A stretch of DNA of 64,000 nucleotides from an uncultured Eubacteriales bacterium (GTDB lineage Bacteria > Bacillota > Clostridia > Christensenellales > CAG-314). The number at the start of each line of letters is the position of its first letter. Positions within the stretch are counted from its first letter, which is position 1. The position numbers and the translations under genes were made by a program. Below, piece after piece: positions 19,059 through 27,819 of this stretch. The notes beneath the pieces were generated by a model. The model was not told the DNA's origin. It searched no databases and saw nothing but the letters and a program-made list of their open reading frames with translations. Location of the stretch: NCBI GenBank assembly GCA_948938605.1, contig CARAIG010000061.1, positions 1,513 to 65,512 of the forward strand, in the 5' to 3' direction.

Positions 19059-20402
19059 ATGAATAGTCGTGAGCCTGTTGTTTTGGTTACTTATGTCGAA
19101 GCGGGGCTTGGACATATTGTCAGTGCGCAAGCAATATCCGACGCGCTTAAAAAGAAGTACGCCGACAAGCTGGAAATACGCGACAAATACGTAATGCGCG
19201 ATTCGGGCAACGATTTACTTATAAAACAAGAGCAATTTATGATTAAAAGCGTACAAAATTACGCGCATGCCGGTTCGGGCTTTTTTCAGTATTTTGCAAT
19301 GTTTTTGTTCGGTCCGCAAAACACGTTAAACTTTGTGTTCAACACCGTTTACAAAAAGAAAGCGGACGCATTGGTAGACGTATACGCAAAGGAAAACCCC
19401 GACGTAATTGTTACAACGCACTTTTTTACGCACTACTGCGCGCTAAAATACCAACGCGAACGTAACGGCAAAGTAAAAGTAGTAAGTTACTGCCCCGATA
19501 ACAACGTACACGGCTGGTGGGACAAACGCGCCGATATGATTTATACCAATAACCCCTTGGCAACAGCACAAGCCTACAAATTGGGTTTTAAAAGCGGCTG
19601 CGTACTCGAAGCGTTTTACCCCACGCGCGAAGCCGTTACTAAAACCGACGGGACAAAGGAGTTTTACCGCCAAAAACTGGGTATACCCTTGGATAAATTT
19701 GCCGTTGTAGTTGCCGACGGCGTATATGCACAAGCCAACGCGCAAAAGGTTTGCGAAGAGCTAATAAAAACCGATTTACCTATAACAATTTGCTTACTTG
19801 CAGGCAAAAACGACGAAATTGTAAAGCACTTTGACAAACTGCGCGACAAAATAAAACCAAACGTCACGTTAATGACGTTCGGTTTTATGCCAAACGCACC
19901 CGAACTTTACCGCGCGTGCGACTTGTTTATTACAAAAGCGGGACCTAATGCCATACTTGACAGCATAATGATGGAAACGCCTATAATTGTGGACTTTTGC
20001 GCAACTCCTATTGAAGTTAAAACCAAAAATTTGTTTGTAAACAGGTTTAATTGCGGATTGTATATTACGTCCGCCAATAAAATACGTAAGCAAACGGAAT
20101 ACTTTATTCAGCACCCGAACGAACTAGATAAATTTAAAAAATCGCTTAAATTTTTTGACAAAAACAAAAACGGCGCCGACATTATTGCCGACGACATTAT
20201 GTCCGTTGCGTGCAGTTACGAAGATCACCAACGCGATATTTACGCAATCGAAGACGGAATTGTCGACAAATACTGTCAAGTAAAGTTTAACAACGCCGAC
20301 AAACAAAAAAACGCTTCGAATAAATTTAAAGCAAAATTACGTAAAAACAAAAACTTAAAAAAATATGCTAAAATTATAGAAACTTTGTATAACAAAGACT
20401 GA
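19059..20402 (+). CDS. MGDG-synthase-like / GT28 glycosyltransferase (UgtP-like glycolipid synthase)
   Basis: 447 aa. The N-terminus VLVTYVEAGLGHIVSAQAI (GxGH) and the C-terminal CDLFITKAGPNAILDSIMMETPII match the MGDG_synth plus Glyco_tran_28_C architecture. Confidence 0.75.
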   Translation: MNSREPVVLVTYVEAGLGHIVSAQAISDALKKKYADKLEIRDKYVMRDSGNDLLIKQEQFMIKSVQNYAHAGSGFFQYFAMFLFGPQNTLNFVFNTVYKKKADALVDVYAKENPDVIVTTHFFTHYCALKYQRERNGKVKVVSYCPDNNVHGWWDKRADMIYTNNPLATAQAYKLGFKSGCVLEAFYPTREAVTKTDGTKEFYRQKLGIPLDKFAVVVADGVYAQANAQKVCEELIKTDLPITICLLAGKNDEIVKHFDKLRDKIKPNVTLMTFGFMPNAPELYRACDLFITKAGPNAILDSIMMETPIIVDFCATPIEVKTKNLFVNRFNCGLYITSANKIRKQTEYFIQHPNELDKFKKSLKFFDKNKNGADIIADDIMSVACSYEDHQRDIYAIEDGIVDKYCQVKFNNADKQKNASNKFKAKLRKNKNLKKYAKIIETLYNKD

Positions 20403-20423
20403 CAACATACAACGCCGCCGAAT

Positions 20424-21020
20424 TTATTTTATATATTTTTGCGCGGCGTTTTCCTTTACCGTCATTCGGCTGCGCCCCACAACAAATGCGTTTGACGGGA
20501 CATCGCTTGTAACCGTTGTGTCGCAAGCGACAAAACAATTGTCGCCAATGCTGACAGGGGCAATCAAATTGCTGTTGCACCCTATAAAGCAGTTTTTGCC
20601 TACGGTTGTTTTGTGCTTAACCTTGCCGTCGTAATTGACAAAAATCACACCGCAGCCGACGTTTGTTTTTTCGCCGACTTCGGCGTCCCCTATATAGGAC
20701 AAGTGACTTGCTTTGACGCCCGTCGACAAGTTGCTTTTTTTAATTTCCACAAAATTGCCCACCCTGCAATTGCTGCCTACGTTTGCGCCGTTCCGCAAGT
20801 GGGCGTAAGGTCCCACTGTGCAATTTGCGCCTACTTTGCTGTCTGTAACGCGCGAAGCGTTTACAACGGCGTTTTCCCCTATGTCGGAATTTAAAATATA
20901 ACTGAAACTGCCCACCGTACAACCGTCGCGCAAGACTGTGTTGCCCAGCACTACGGCAAAAGGTTCTATTGTTACGTTGTCGCCTACTTTTACGGTATCT
21001 TCCAAATAATAATTTTGCAT
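20424..21020 (-). CDS. Stand-alone left-handed beta-helix acetyltransferase equivalent to the C-terminal domain of GlmU
   Basis: 198 aa of hexapeptide repeats. GPYAHLRNGANVGSNCRVGNFVEIKKSNLSTGVKASHLSYIGDAEVGEKTNVGCGVIFVNYDG aligns by eye to the GlmU acetyltransferase domain. No uridyltransferase domain is present. spoIIE ends 19 nt upstream. Confidence 0.8.
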   Translation of the reverse strand: MQNYYLEDTVKVGDNVTIEPFAVVLGNTVLRDGCTVGSFSYILNSDIGENAVVNASRVTDSKVGANCTVGPYAHLRNGANVGSNCRVGNFVEIKKSNLSTGVKASHLSYIGDAEVGEKTNVGCGVIFVNYDGKVKHKTTVGKNCFIGCNSNLIAPVSIGDNCFVACDTTVTSDVPSNAFVVGRSRMTVKENAAQKYIK

Positions 21021-21039
21021 ATACCGTAGTATATGTAGT

Positions 21040-23298
21040 TTACGCTAATTTTGCCACAATTACAGTCATATCATCCGGCGCCTTGTTTTTGACGTTTTTA
21101 AGGGCTTTACTTAAAATCACTTCCGCTATGCTTTGGGGCACGTTTAATGAAACGTTTGCAAAAATACTTGCTATATCGTTAGGACTTGCAAAACAGTCCG
21201 CTACTCCGTCGGACATCAATACAAAGCAATCGCCCTTGCCCATAGCTTTTTGCGTGACGGACGGTGTCATTTCGTCAAGTACACCTAATGGCAAACTGCT
21301 GCCCGACACTATTTCCACCTTGTCGCCCGTCTTAACTAACCCTACCGAAGCGCCCAGCTTAATGAAGTCGGTCAAGCCGTTATATGCGTCAATTACCGCT
21401 ATATCCACAGCACAAAACACTTCGTTGTCGGCAGAAGTTAACAATCGGTTTACGCAGGACAGTATCACATCTGTATCGAAGCCTGCGCGGTAAAAACTTT
21501 CCACCAGACTTATAGACGTAGACGACATTTTTTCCGCCGCGTCACCGCTGCCCATACCGTCGCACAACGCTATTATGCGTTTGCCGTTGTCGGTAGACGT
21601 TACGGTATGAGTATCCCCCGACACTTCGTTTCCGTCCTTAGGCACGCTGCTTATGCCGAAAACAATATCGTAACGGGGCTTTGCAATTAAATAAACGTTT
21701 ATCCAAGACGCACTGTCTGTCTGTTCGGTTTTGTCCACAATCATCGTTTGCTTGACAAGTCCGCTTGCAACCTTTTCGATTACGGAATTATCCAAGTCGT
21801 GCTTGGCGACGGTTGCCACCACCGTTAATTTGTCGCCTTGGTCTATTACGTTTGCGCCCACGCACATTATATTGTGAAATACAAGTCTTTCCACAAGTTC
21901 GCGTTCCTTGTCTTCGGAAAACGCCGTTTTGTTTTTGCAGTCCGACGCCACTTCCATAAGCAAATGGGATACTCCGCCCATTTGTTCGGCAAGCAGCACT
22001 TTACCGTTGTCCGCTTGTTCGCTGCGTTCCATATACGAACGGTATGTTTGCGCTTCCGCATTTACTTCGGCAAGCACTGCGGACACTCTGTCGCACTTTA
22101 CCGACAGTGTTTGCGGAACGTCCAAAATAGTACACTTGCCGCGTTTAACGGCACAACCTGCCAGACTTAACAGGCTTTGTTCGGTTTTTGCAAGTTCCTG
22201 TCGCCAACATCTGCTGCGCTGTTCGCAATCGCGACATATTTCTTCACTGCACTGTTTAACTATTGCAGCCTGCGCTTGTTCGGCGGTTATATGCCCTGAC
22301 GACATCGAAAAGAACGCGTTTTTCATTGACAAAAAAATGTCCGACAGACGGTAAAGCCGACGGGAAACGTTATCCGAAAGCCGCTTGGCTACCGAAGACG
22401 TCAAGTACCTGTCGCTAGTCCCGCACGAACAGTCGCGGGCGTAATTGTAAACCGAATTGGGAATAACGGAAAATATCAAGGAAGCGGCAAACGTTAATGT
22501 CAACGCTAAAAAGCCTGCGTCGCCGTGCAGATGTAAAAAGTACGTAAACAGCACGTCTACGGCAACAACCGATACGGCGGATAAAAATCGGCTTACTCGG
22601 TTGCACATTACTATTGTAAGCGTTGCTATTATTAAAAACACGCAGCAGTCGTATTGACCTGTTGCAAGCAAATTGCCTAAACCGAACAAGGCGGAACACA
22701 CAAACGCCGTTTTCGAGCCGAAGCAGGTTGCAGAAAACAATACGGCGTAAGTTGCCACAAGGTAAATGGGTTCCAACCCCCAAAACGCATATTGCGACAA
22801 ACAGTACGAGCTTGCAACAATAAACAACGATATACACACCATTTCGTCCAAAGCGGGACGGTAAGCAAGTCCGCGTACGAATACGGCACGGAAAACGTAT
22901 ATAGTAACGTACGAAAAAGCGATTCCGCAAGCGATGTAAAGTATTCGGTCAAACAAAGTAAAATAGTTTTGGAAATCGTACACGCAGTAAAACACATTTG
23001 ACAAAACCAAGTATGCCAACAAATTGAGTTTGCCTATTTTACGCTTGGCTATGCGGTGAATGAGCCAACACACAAGCATAACGGCGCATCTTACGCCCGC
23101 GTGCAACAAACTTGTCCAGCCGAACACCACCGAACCGCTGACATAAATTAACGAAGCGATTATAGGATTAGCCGAATAAAGCGCGCCGACAAACAATCCG
23201 AAAGACAACGCTCCGTCGAAAGTTCCGCCGGAAATTACAATTAGCGCAGTGTACGCTACGTACATCAATACGGTATTGGCGGATAATTTGCGTTTCAT
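21040..23298 (-). CDS. spoIIE: Stage II sporulation protein E (polytopic membrane domain plus PP2C phosphatase)
   Basis: 752 aa. About 10 N-terminal TM helices. The C-terminal PP2C region reads GDTHTV...ALCDGMGSGDAAEKMS...FVLMSDGV. Confidence 0.9.
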   Translation of the reverse strand: MKRKLSANTVLMYVAYTALIVISGGTFDGALSFGLFVGALYSANPIIASLIYVSGSVVFGWTSLLHAGVRCAVMLVCWLIHRIAKRKIGKLNLLAYLVLSNVFYCVYDFQNYFTLFDRILYIACGIAFSYVTIYVFRAVFVRGLAYRPALDEMVCISLFIVASSYCLSQYAFWGLEPIYLVATYAVLFSATCFGSKTAFVCSALFGLGNLLATGQYDCCVFLIIATLTIVMCNRVSRFLSAVSVVAVDVLFTYFLHLHGDAGFLALTLTFAASLIFSVIPNSVYNYARDCSCGTSDRYLTSSVAKRLSDNVSRRLYRLSDIFLSMKNAFFSMSSGHITAEQAQAAIVKQCSEEICRDCEQRSRCWRQELAKTEQSLLSLAGCAVKRGKCTILDVPQTLSVKCDRVSAVLAEVNAEAQTYRSYMERSEQADNGKVLLAEQMGGVSHLLMEVASDCKNKTAFSEDKERELVERLVFHNIMCVGANVIDQGDKLTVVATVAKHDLDNSVIEKVASGLVKQTMIVDKTEQTDSASWINVYLIAKPRYDIVFGISSVPKDGNEVSGDTHTVTSTDNGKRIIALCDGMGSGDAAEKMSSTSISLVESFYRAGFDTDVILSCVNRLLTSADNEVFCAVDIAVIDAYNGLTDFIKLGASVGLVKTGDKVEIVSGSSLPLGVLDEMTPSVTQKAMGKGDCFVLMSDGVADCFASPNDIASIFANVSLNVPQSIAEVILSKALKNVKNKAPDDMTVIVAKLA

Positions 23299-23405
23299 AA
23301 CGTAAAGCCCCCCTTGTACAAAAAGTCAGTACGCTAATGCTACTACGTTTAAAACCGAGGCTTTTGTTTTGTTGTGCCGATATATGAGAATTTTTGTAAG
23401 TACCG

Positions 23406-23909
23406 CTACATTATCCTACACAAAAGGCAAGCAGCAACGCTACCCAAAAGGTTACAAAACAGTGCAATGGGAATTGCGGCTCCTGTGTGCTTTACTTTGG
23501 TACCTGCAAAATACACGCTTGCCACGTAAAACACCGTTTCGCTGCTGCCGTATATGCACGAGGCGCATCGGGATATGTAACTGTCCACGCCGTATTGCTT
23601 GTATACGTCGGTAAGTATTGCCAAACTTCCGCTGCCGCTGAACGGGCGCAGCAGCATAAGTTCAACAACTTCGCTAGGCACTCCCAACAAGGAAAACGGC
23701 GGCGACAAAAAACTTGTAACGTATTTGTCCAAACCGCTTGCACGCAAGGCGTTTACCATAATGAACGTCGCTGCAAGATACGGAAAAATAGACAATGACA
23801 AATTAAACGACTGCTTTGCGCCTAGCACAAAACTGTCGTACACGTTTACCTTTTTTATCAGTCCGTAAACAAGAACAACTATTAGCAATACAGGGACGAT
23901 ATAGTTCAA
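23406..23909 (-). CDS. spmB: Spore maturation protein B (nucleoside-recognition/Gate domain membrane protein)
   Basis: 167-aa membrane protein. It overlaps the upstream gene by 4 nt, giving the typical spmA-spmB pair. Confidence 0.75.
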   Translation of the reverse strand: MNYIVPVLLIVVLVYGLIKKVNVYDSFVLGAKQSFNLSLSIFPYLAATFIMVNALRASGLDKYVTSFLSPPFSLLGVPSEVVELMLLRPFSGSGSLAILTDVYKQYGVDSYISRCASCIYGSSETVFYVASVYFAGTKVKHTGAAIPIALFCNLLGSVAACLLCRIM

Positions 23910-24529
23910 TTAAACTCCTTGACGACAATATGTTTTTTACGGCAACGTCCGTAAGCAACAAAAACCAACGCAACGCCTACAACCGACGTGATAATTGTTG
24001 CAAGCAGGTTTGGCAAAATAATATCCGACGGGTTTGCCGAACCGAGAGAAGCGCGCAGTCCTATTACCGTTGTAGGGAGCAACTGCACGCTTGTAGCGTT
24101 AACAACAAACAGCATAACGCCGAAACGGGACAGTTTTTCGTCGTGTTCCACTTCGCCTATGGCGGAAATTGCCGACGGGGTTGCCGCATTACCTACGCCC
24201 AACAAGTTGGAAGCAAGGTTTAACGACACATACCCCGCCGCAACTTCGCTTATGTTACCGTACAGCCATTTGTTTACGGGCTTTAACAACTTGGATAGTT
24301 TTTCCACCAAACGGCATTCTTCGGCTATTTTAAACACGCCCAACCATATGCAGTAAATGGCGGTTAATTCCAATGCGGTTTTTAACGCTTGCGACGAACT
24401 GTCCAAACATACGGTCAAAACGCTTTGCGGATTAATTATAGTAAGCGCAACAAACGCCGCAATTGTAATTACAGTCCAAACGATATTCATATAATAATTT
24501 ATTAAAAACGTTTGAATACAATTACTCAT
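23906..24529 (-). CDS. spmA: Spore maturation protein A (nucleoside-recognition/Gate domain membrane protein)
   Basis: 207-aa membrane protein and first gene of the pair. The start is uncertain; M14 (MNIVWTV) is an alternative. Confidence 0.75.
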   Translation of the reverse strand: MSNCIQTFLINYYMNIVWTVITIAAFVALTIINPQSVLTVCLDSSSQALKTALELTAIYCIWLGVFKIAEECRLVEKLSKLLKPVNKWLYGNISEVAAGYVSLNLASNLLGVGNAATPSAISAIGEVEHDEKLSRFGVMLFVVNATSVQLLPTTVIGLRASLGSANPSDIILPNLLATIITSVVGVALVFVAYGRCRKKHIVVKEFN

Positions 24530-24612
24530 TTTACAACATAAAATACTCCGGTATGTGTCCGTAATTCTATTGACAATAAATCACCTTATACGTACCTTGT
24601 TGTAAATAAGTA

Positions 24613-24650
24613 CGCAAAAGGCATTCCAAGTTTACGGAATGCCTTTTGCG
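24613..24650 (-). terminator. Intrinsic terminator after the CMD-cupin gene
   Basis: Perfect 15-bp stem CGCAAAAGGCATTCC / GGAATGCCTTTTGCG with an 8-nt loop, flanked by T-rich sequence. Confidence 0.6.
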
Positions 24651-24722
24651 TAATTGTACTGTTCAACTTTTTTAAATGCTTTTTAAACTGTTATTTCCAC
24701 ATTACCCTATCGGGAAACACAT

Positions 24723-25445
24723 TTATTTTAAACTGTTGTATTCTTCGTCGGTTACTGCTTCGCACCATTCGTTGGACGCGTTTTCGGCAGGAATTTCCAC
24801 TGCAAGGTGGGTAAACCAGTCATCGGCGCTTGCCCCGTGCCAATGCTTGACTTCGGGCGCAATGTAAACAACGTCGCCGGGATGCAGTTTTTGCGCAGAC
24901 TTGCCGTATTCCTGATACCAACCCTCGCCGTCGGTACAAAGCAAAATTTGTCCGCCTTTGTGATGTATATGCCAATTGTTACGGCATTTAGGTTCAAACG
25001 TTACGTTTGCAACGGCAACGCCTTTTGTCGTAAGCATTTTAAGGTACGACTGTCCTGTAAAGTATTTTGCAAAATTGACATTTGGCTCACCCAAACCGAA
25101 CAAACTGTCGCAAGGCTCGGTTATATCATCGGCATATACTTCACGCACAAGCGGAAATACTGCCCAAGCGTTAGGCCAACCGACGTAAAAAGCAAGATGC
25201 GTTATAATTTCCACCATTTCCGTTTTGGTAACGCCGTGATTTTTAGCGTTTGAAATGTGGTATTTTAACGAATTGTCAAAAATGCCTTTCGTCATTAATG
25301 CAGTTATCGTAATTATGCTTCGATCCCGCGCGCTTAATTTATCTTCGCGCGACCAAACTTCGCCAAACAAAACATCGTCGTTAAGTTGCGCAAATTTAGG
25401 CGCTAAGTCGCCAAGTCCTTTTCTTCCCGCGTCCTGTTTTTTCAT
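24723..25445 (-). CDS. Carboxymuconolactone decarboxylase (CMD/AhpD-like) domain fused to a cupin domain
   Basis: 240 aa. The N-terminal half (FGEVWSREDKLSARDRSIITITAL...THLAFYVGWPNA) is CMD-like. The C-terminal half (NNWHIHHKGGQILLCTDGEGW...HPGDVVYIAPEVKHWHGA) is a cupin. Confidence 0.85.
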   Translation of the reverse strand: MKKQDAGRKGLGDLAPKFAQLNDDVLFGEVWSREDKLSARDRSIITITALMTKGIFDNSLKYHISNAKNHGVTKTEMVEIITHLAFYVGWPNAWAVFPLVREVYADDITEPCDSLFGLGEPNVNFAKYFTGQSYLKMLTTKGVAVANVTFEPKCRNNWHIHHKGGQILLCTDGEGWYQEYGKSAQKLHPGDVVYIAPEVKHWHGASADDWFTHLAVEIPAENASNEWCEAVTDEEYNSLK

Positions 25446-25555
25446 TGTTATTCTCCTTTGTAGTAGAATTGCTATTGTTAACAGTCAAAACTTGTTAACT
25501 GCACAAAATAGCGGTTAAACAAGTTTAGTTGTACATTATAGCGCAATTACGCGTT

Positions 25556-25855
25556 TTAGCGTTCAACGTAATCCGTATACTTTTCCACTGTTATTTTTAA
25601 ATTATACTTTTTGCGCAATTGTGCTATTTGTTTCATCATAGGTGTTTTGTGATGAACGTCCAATGCATCTTGACTGCTCCATTTGTCGACAAGCAAAACC
25701 GTTTCGGGCTGTTCGACGGGATAAAAATATTCGTATTTCAAGTTTCCCTGTTCCGCACGTATTTGTTCGACTAACCCCGACGACAGCATTTCTTCCGCAA
25801 ATTTTTTAGCACTGCCGTTTGTACCCGTATAGTAGATATTAATTGTTAAACACAT
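25556..25855 (-). CDS. ABM-family (antibiotic biosynthesis monooxygenase-like) small protein
   Basis: 99 aa. GNLKYEYFYPVEQPETVLLVDKWSSQDALDVHHKTPMM fits the ABM ferredoxin-like fold pattern. GGAG lies before the ATG. Confidence 0.75.
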   Translation of the reverse strand: MCLTINIYYTGTNGSAKKFAEEMLSSGLVEQIRAEQGNLKYEYFYPVEQPETVLLVDKWSSQDALDVHHKTPMMKQIAQLRKKYNLKITVEKYTDYVER

Positions 25856-25881
25856 TTTACTCTCCGAATAAATCTTATTAA

Positions 25882-26559
25882 TTACAAACCCAAACCGTCA
25901 ATCCAACCCGTAATTGCATTTTGCGTATCGTTGCCGTTGCATTTTTTGCCGTCAAGTACGGTTGCGTTAGGTTCCAAATTTTTAATTGTATTAACGCTTG
26001 CGGATATTCCCGAACCGCCCGACGTACAAAAAGGCACGACTGTTTTTCCGCCAAGGTCGTATTTGTCTAAAAAAGTATTAATTATTTTAGGACACGTTCC
26101 CCACCAAATAGGATAGCCTATAAACACCGTTTCATACTTGTCGATATCTGTCAAAGCATTTGCAATGGCGGGACGCGCCGACGGATCGTTTTGCTCCTTG
26201 TTTGCCCGACAATCGTCGTTGGTATAGGCTAAATCTGCCGACGTATAAGGTTGTGCAGGATTAATTTTAAAAACGGAACAATCGTCGCCGAAATGCCCGA
26301 CAATTTTTTGAGCGACTTTTTCCGTCGTACCGGTACACGAAAAATAAACTATCAAAATGTTTTTACCTCTTTCCGCTCCGACATCTTTGTCGTTTTCCGT
26401 ACCTGCGGATGGGAAATCGGCATTGTTGCCGTTATTAGGCGGATTGACGGGACCGTTTTCGCCGTTATCTTTTTTATCGCACGCAGTAAATGCAAATAGC
26501 GCTGCCGCTGCGAATATAATACAAATTATAATTGCCGTAATTTTTTTCATATCATTCAC
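25882..26559 (-). CDS. Flavodoxin-like protein with a lipoprotein signal peptide
   Basis: KKITAIIICIIFAAAALFAFTAC contains a lipobox. A low-complexity linker (NGENGPVNPPNNGNNADFPSAGTEND) follows, then a flavodoxin fold (ILIVYFSCTGTTEKVA...IGYPIWWGTCPKII...PFCTSGGSG). Confidence 0.8.
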   Translation of the reverse strand: MNDMKKITAIIICIIFAAAALFAFTACDKKDNGENGPVNPPNNGNNADFPSAGTENDKDVGAERGKNILIVYFSCTGTTEKVAQKIVGHFGDDCSVFKINPAQPYTSADLAYTNDDCRANKEQNDPSARPAIANALTDIDKYETVFIGYPIWWGTCPKIINTFLDKYDLGGKTVVPFCTSGGSGISASVNTIKNLEPNATVLDGKKCNGNDTQNAITGWIDGLGL

Positions 26560-27031
26560 CCGTTATTCCTTCCGCCCACAATTTGAGTTCGGCTTCGCTT
26601 ACGTTAGACAAAAATCTTTTGCCTTCAACTAAATTTGCGCCCTTGCAGGAAGTTTCCAACGCCTTGTTGGTTTTGCCCATATTTGAACCGCCCGATGTTG
26701 CAAACGGAATAATTGTTTTGTTTGACAGGTCATACTGTTCCAAAAACGTGTTTATTATTTTAGGCGCAACATACCACCAAATAGGAAAACCTACAAATAC
26801 AACGCCGTAATCCGCCATATTCGTAATTTTATCTGCTACGGCAGGTCTACATGTCGGGGTTGCCGTTTCTTGACTTGAACGGCTGTTTTTATTTGTCCAG
26901 TCAAGGTCGGCAGACGTATACGGCTCAACGGGCTTTATTTCAAACAAATCGGCAGATATGACGTTTGCAAGTTTTTGCGCTAATTTTTGAGTGACGCCGC
27001 TTGCGCTAAAATACGCTACAAGTTTTTTCAT
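26552..27031 (-). CDS. Flavodoxin-family protein (cytoplasmic)
   Basis: 159 aa. KKLVAYFSASGVTQKLA...VGFPIWWYVAPKII...PFATSGGSN. ATGA overlaps both the marR stop and the next gene. Confidence 0.85.
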   Translation of the reverse strand: MKKLVAYFSASGVTQKLAQKLANVISADLFEIKPVEPYTSADLDWTNKNSRSSQETATPTCRPAVADKITNMADYGVVFVGFPIWWYVAPKIINTFLEQYDLSNKTIIPFATSGGSNMGKTNKALETSCKGANLVEGKRFLSNVSEAELKLWAEGITGE

Positions 27032-27456
27032 TCCTTTCCCTCCTTGTTTAATACCCCTGCTAATTTTTCAAATTTATTCAACAAAATTTCGGCGTCCGAT
27101 TGCATTTTGTCATACGCCGCCGCTTCCAAATCATACAAGTCCTTTAAAAGTCTGTCGGCATATTTCTGTCCGTCATCGGTTAGTACAACGTTAAGTTCGC
27201 GCTTTTCCCCTTTAATTTGTACAAGTTCCACAATGTTTTCGCTTTCCAATTCCTTGACGATTGTATTTACCGTACTTCGTGGTAAGTCCCAACTGTCGCA
27301 AATTTCCTTTTGACTGTGAGTTTTGCCGTCGTTTAGCGCATACATAATCCAAAGCAAATTCGGCTTTACATTGCCCGACTTTGCAAACTCGGTATAAAAG
27401 CCGTCTATTTTGTAAAGCGTTTTTCCCAATCGGTAAAAAAATTCCTTACTGTCCAT
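27028..27456 (-). CDS. MarR-family transcriptional regulator
   Basis: Winged-HTH region QKEICDSWDLPRSTVNTIVKELESENIV. The start is set at MDSKEFF (AAAAGGAG upstream), because a consensus promoter lies inside the track's longer N-terminal extension. Confidence 0.85.
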   Translation of the reverse strand: MDSKEFFYRLGKTLYKIDGFYTEFAKSGNVKPNLLWIMYALNDGKTHSQKEICDSWDLPRSTVNTIVKELESENIVELVQIKGEKRELNVVLTDDGQKYADRLLKDLYDLEAAAYDKMQSDAEILLNKFEKLAGVLNKEGKE

Positions 27457-27493
27457 CGTTCCGCTCCTTTTTAAAATCCTAATTCGTATTTTA

Positions 27494-27522
27494 ATTATAC
27501 GCGGATAGATATTTAAAGTCAA
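27494..27522 (-). promoter_or_regulatory. Promoter of the marR-flavodoxin operon: TTGACT, 17 nt, TATAAT
   Basis: Read on the minus strand as TTGACTTTAAATATCTATCCGCGTATAAT, about 35 nt upstream of the marR ATG. Confidence 0.55.
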
Positions 27523-27737
27523 CCGAATTAATAATGTTTTTTACATTTATCCGTTTGCAATATCCTAATATACGGAAACCAAAAGTTGACGGTTTTTTGA
27601 CTTGGACTTGTTCTATCGCTATTGTTTTGAAAATCGATGTAAACAAACTTGCGATAAACGATCAATAAAAACGGTATTCATTGTAATCGACGCCGATTCG
27701 ACACCACGCTACTTTTTTACGTAAAGCGTGCAAGTTG

Positions 27738-27766
27738 TTTACAAAATAAATGTAAAATGCTAAAAT
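27738..27766 (+). promoter_or_regulatory. Candidate metG promoter: TTTACA, 17 nt, TAAAAT
   Basis: Hexamers and spacing read directly, about 55 nt upstream of the metG ATG. Confidence 0.4.
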
Positions 27767-27819
27767 AATTGTTGACATTATTTTGCATTGTTCCATTAGC
27801 AATGCGAAAGGAGGAATTT

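Noticed and set aside
27457-27522. Longer N-terminal extensions offered by the ORF track (marR 27522, metG 27769, tatD 29673, lipoprotein 32432, giant gene 16298, argS 42198)
   Set aside because: In each case a downstream start has a proper SD, or a stop/start overlap, and the expected protein N-terminus. For marR and the lipoprotein gene a consensus promoter lies inside the extension.
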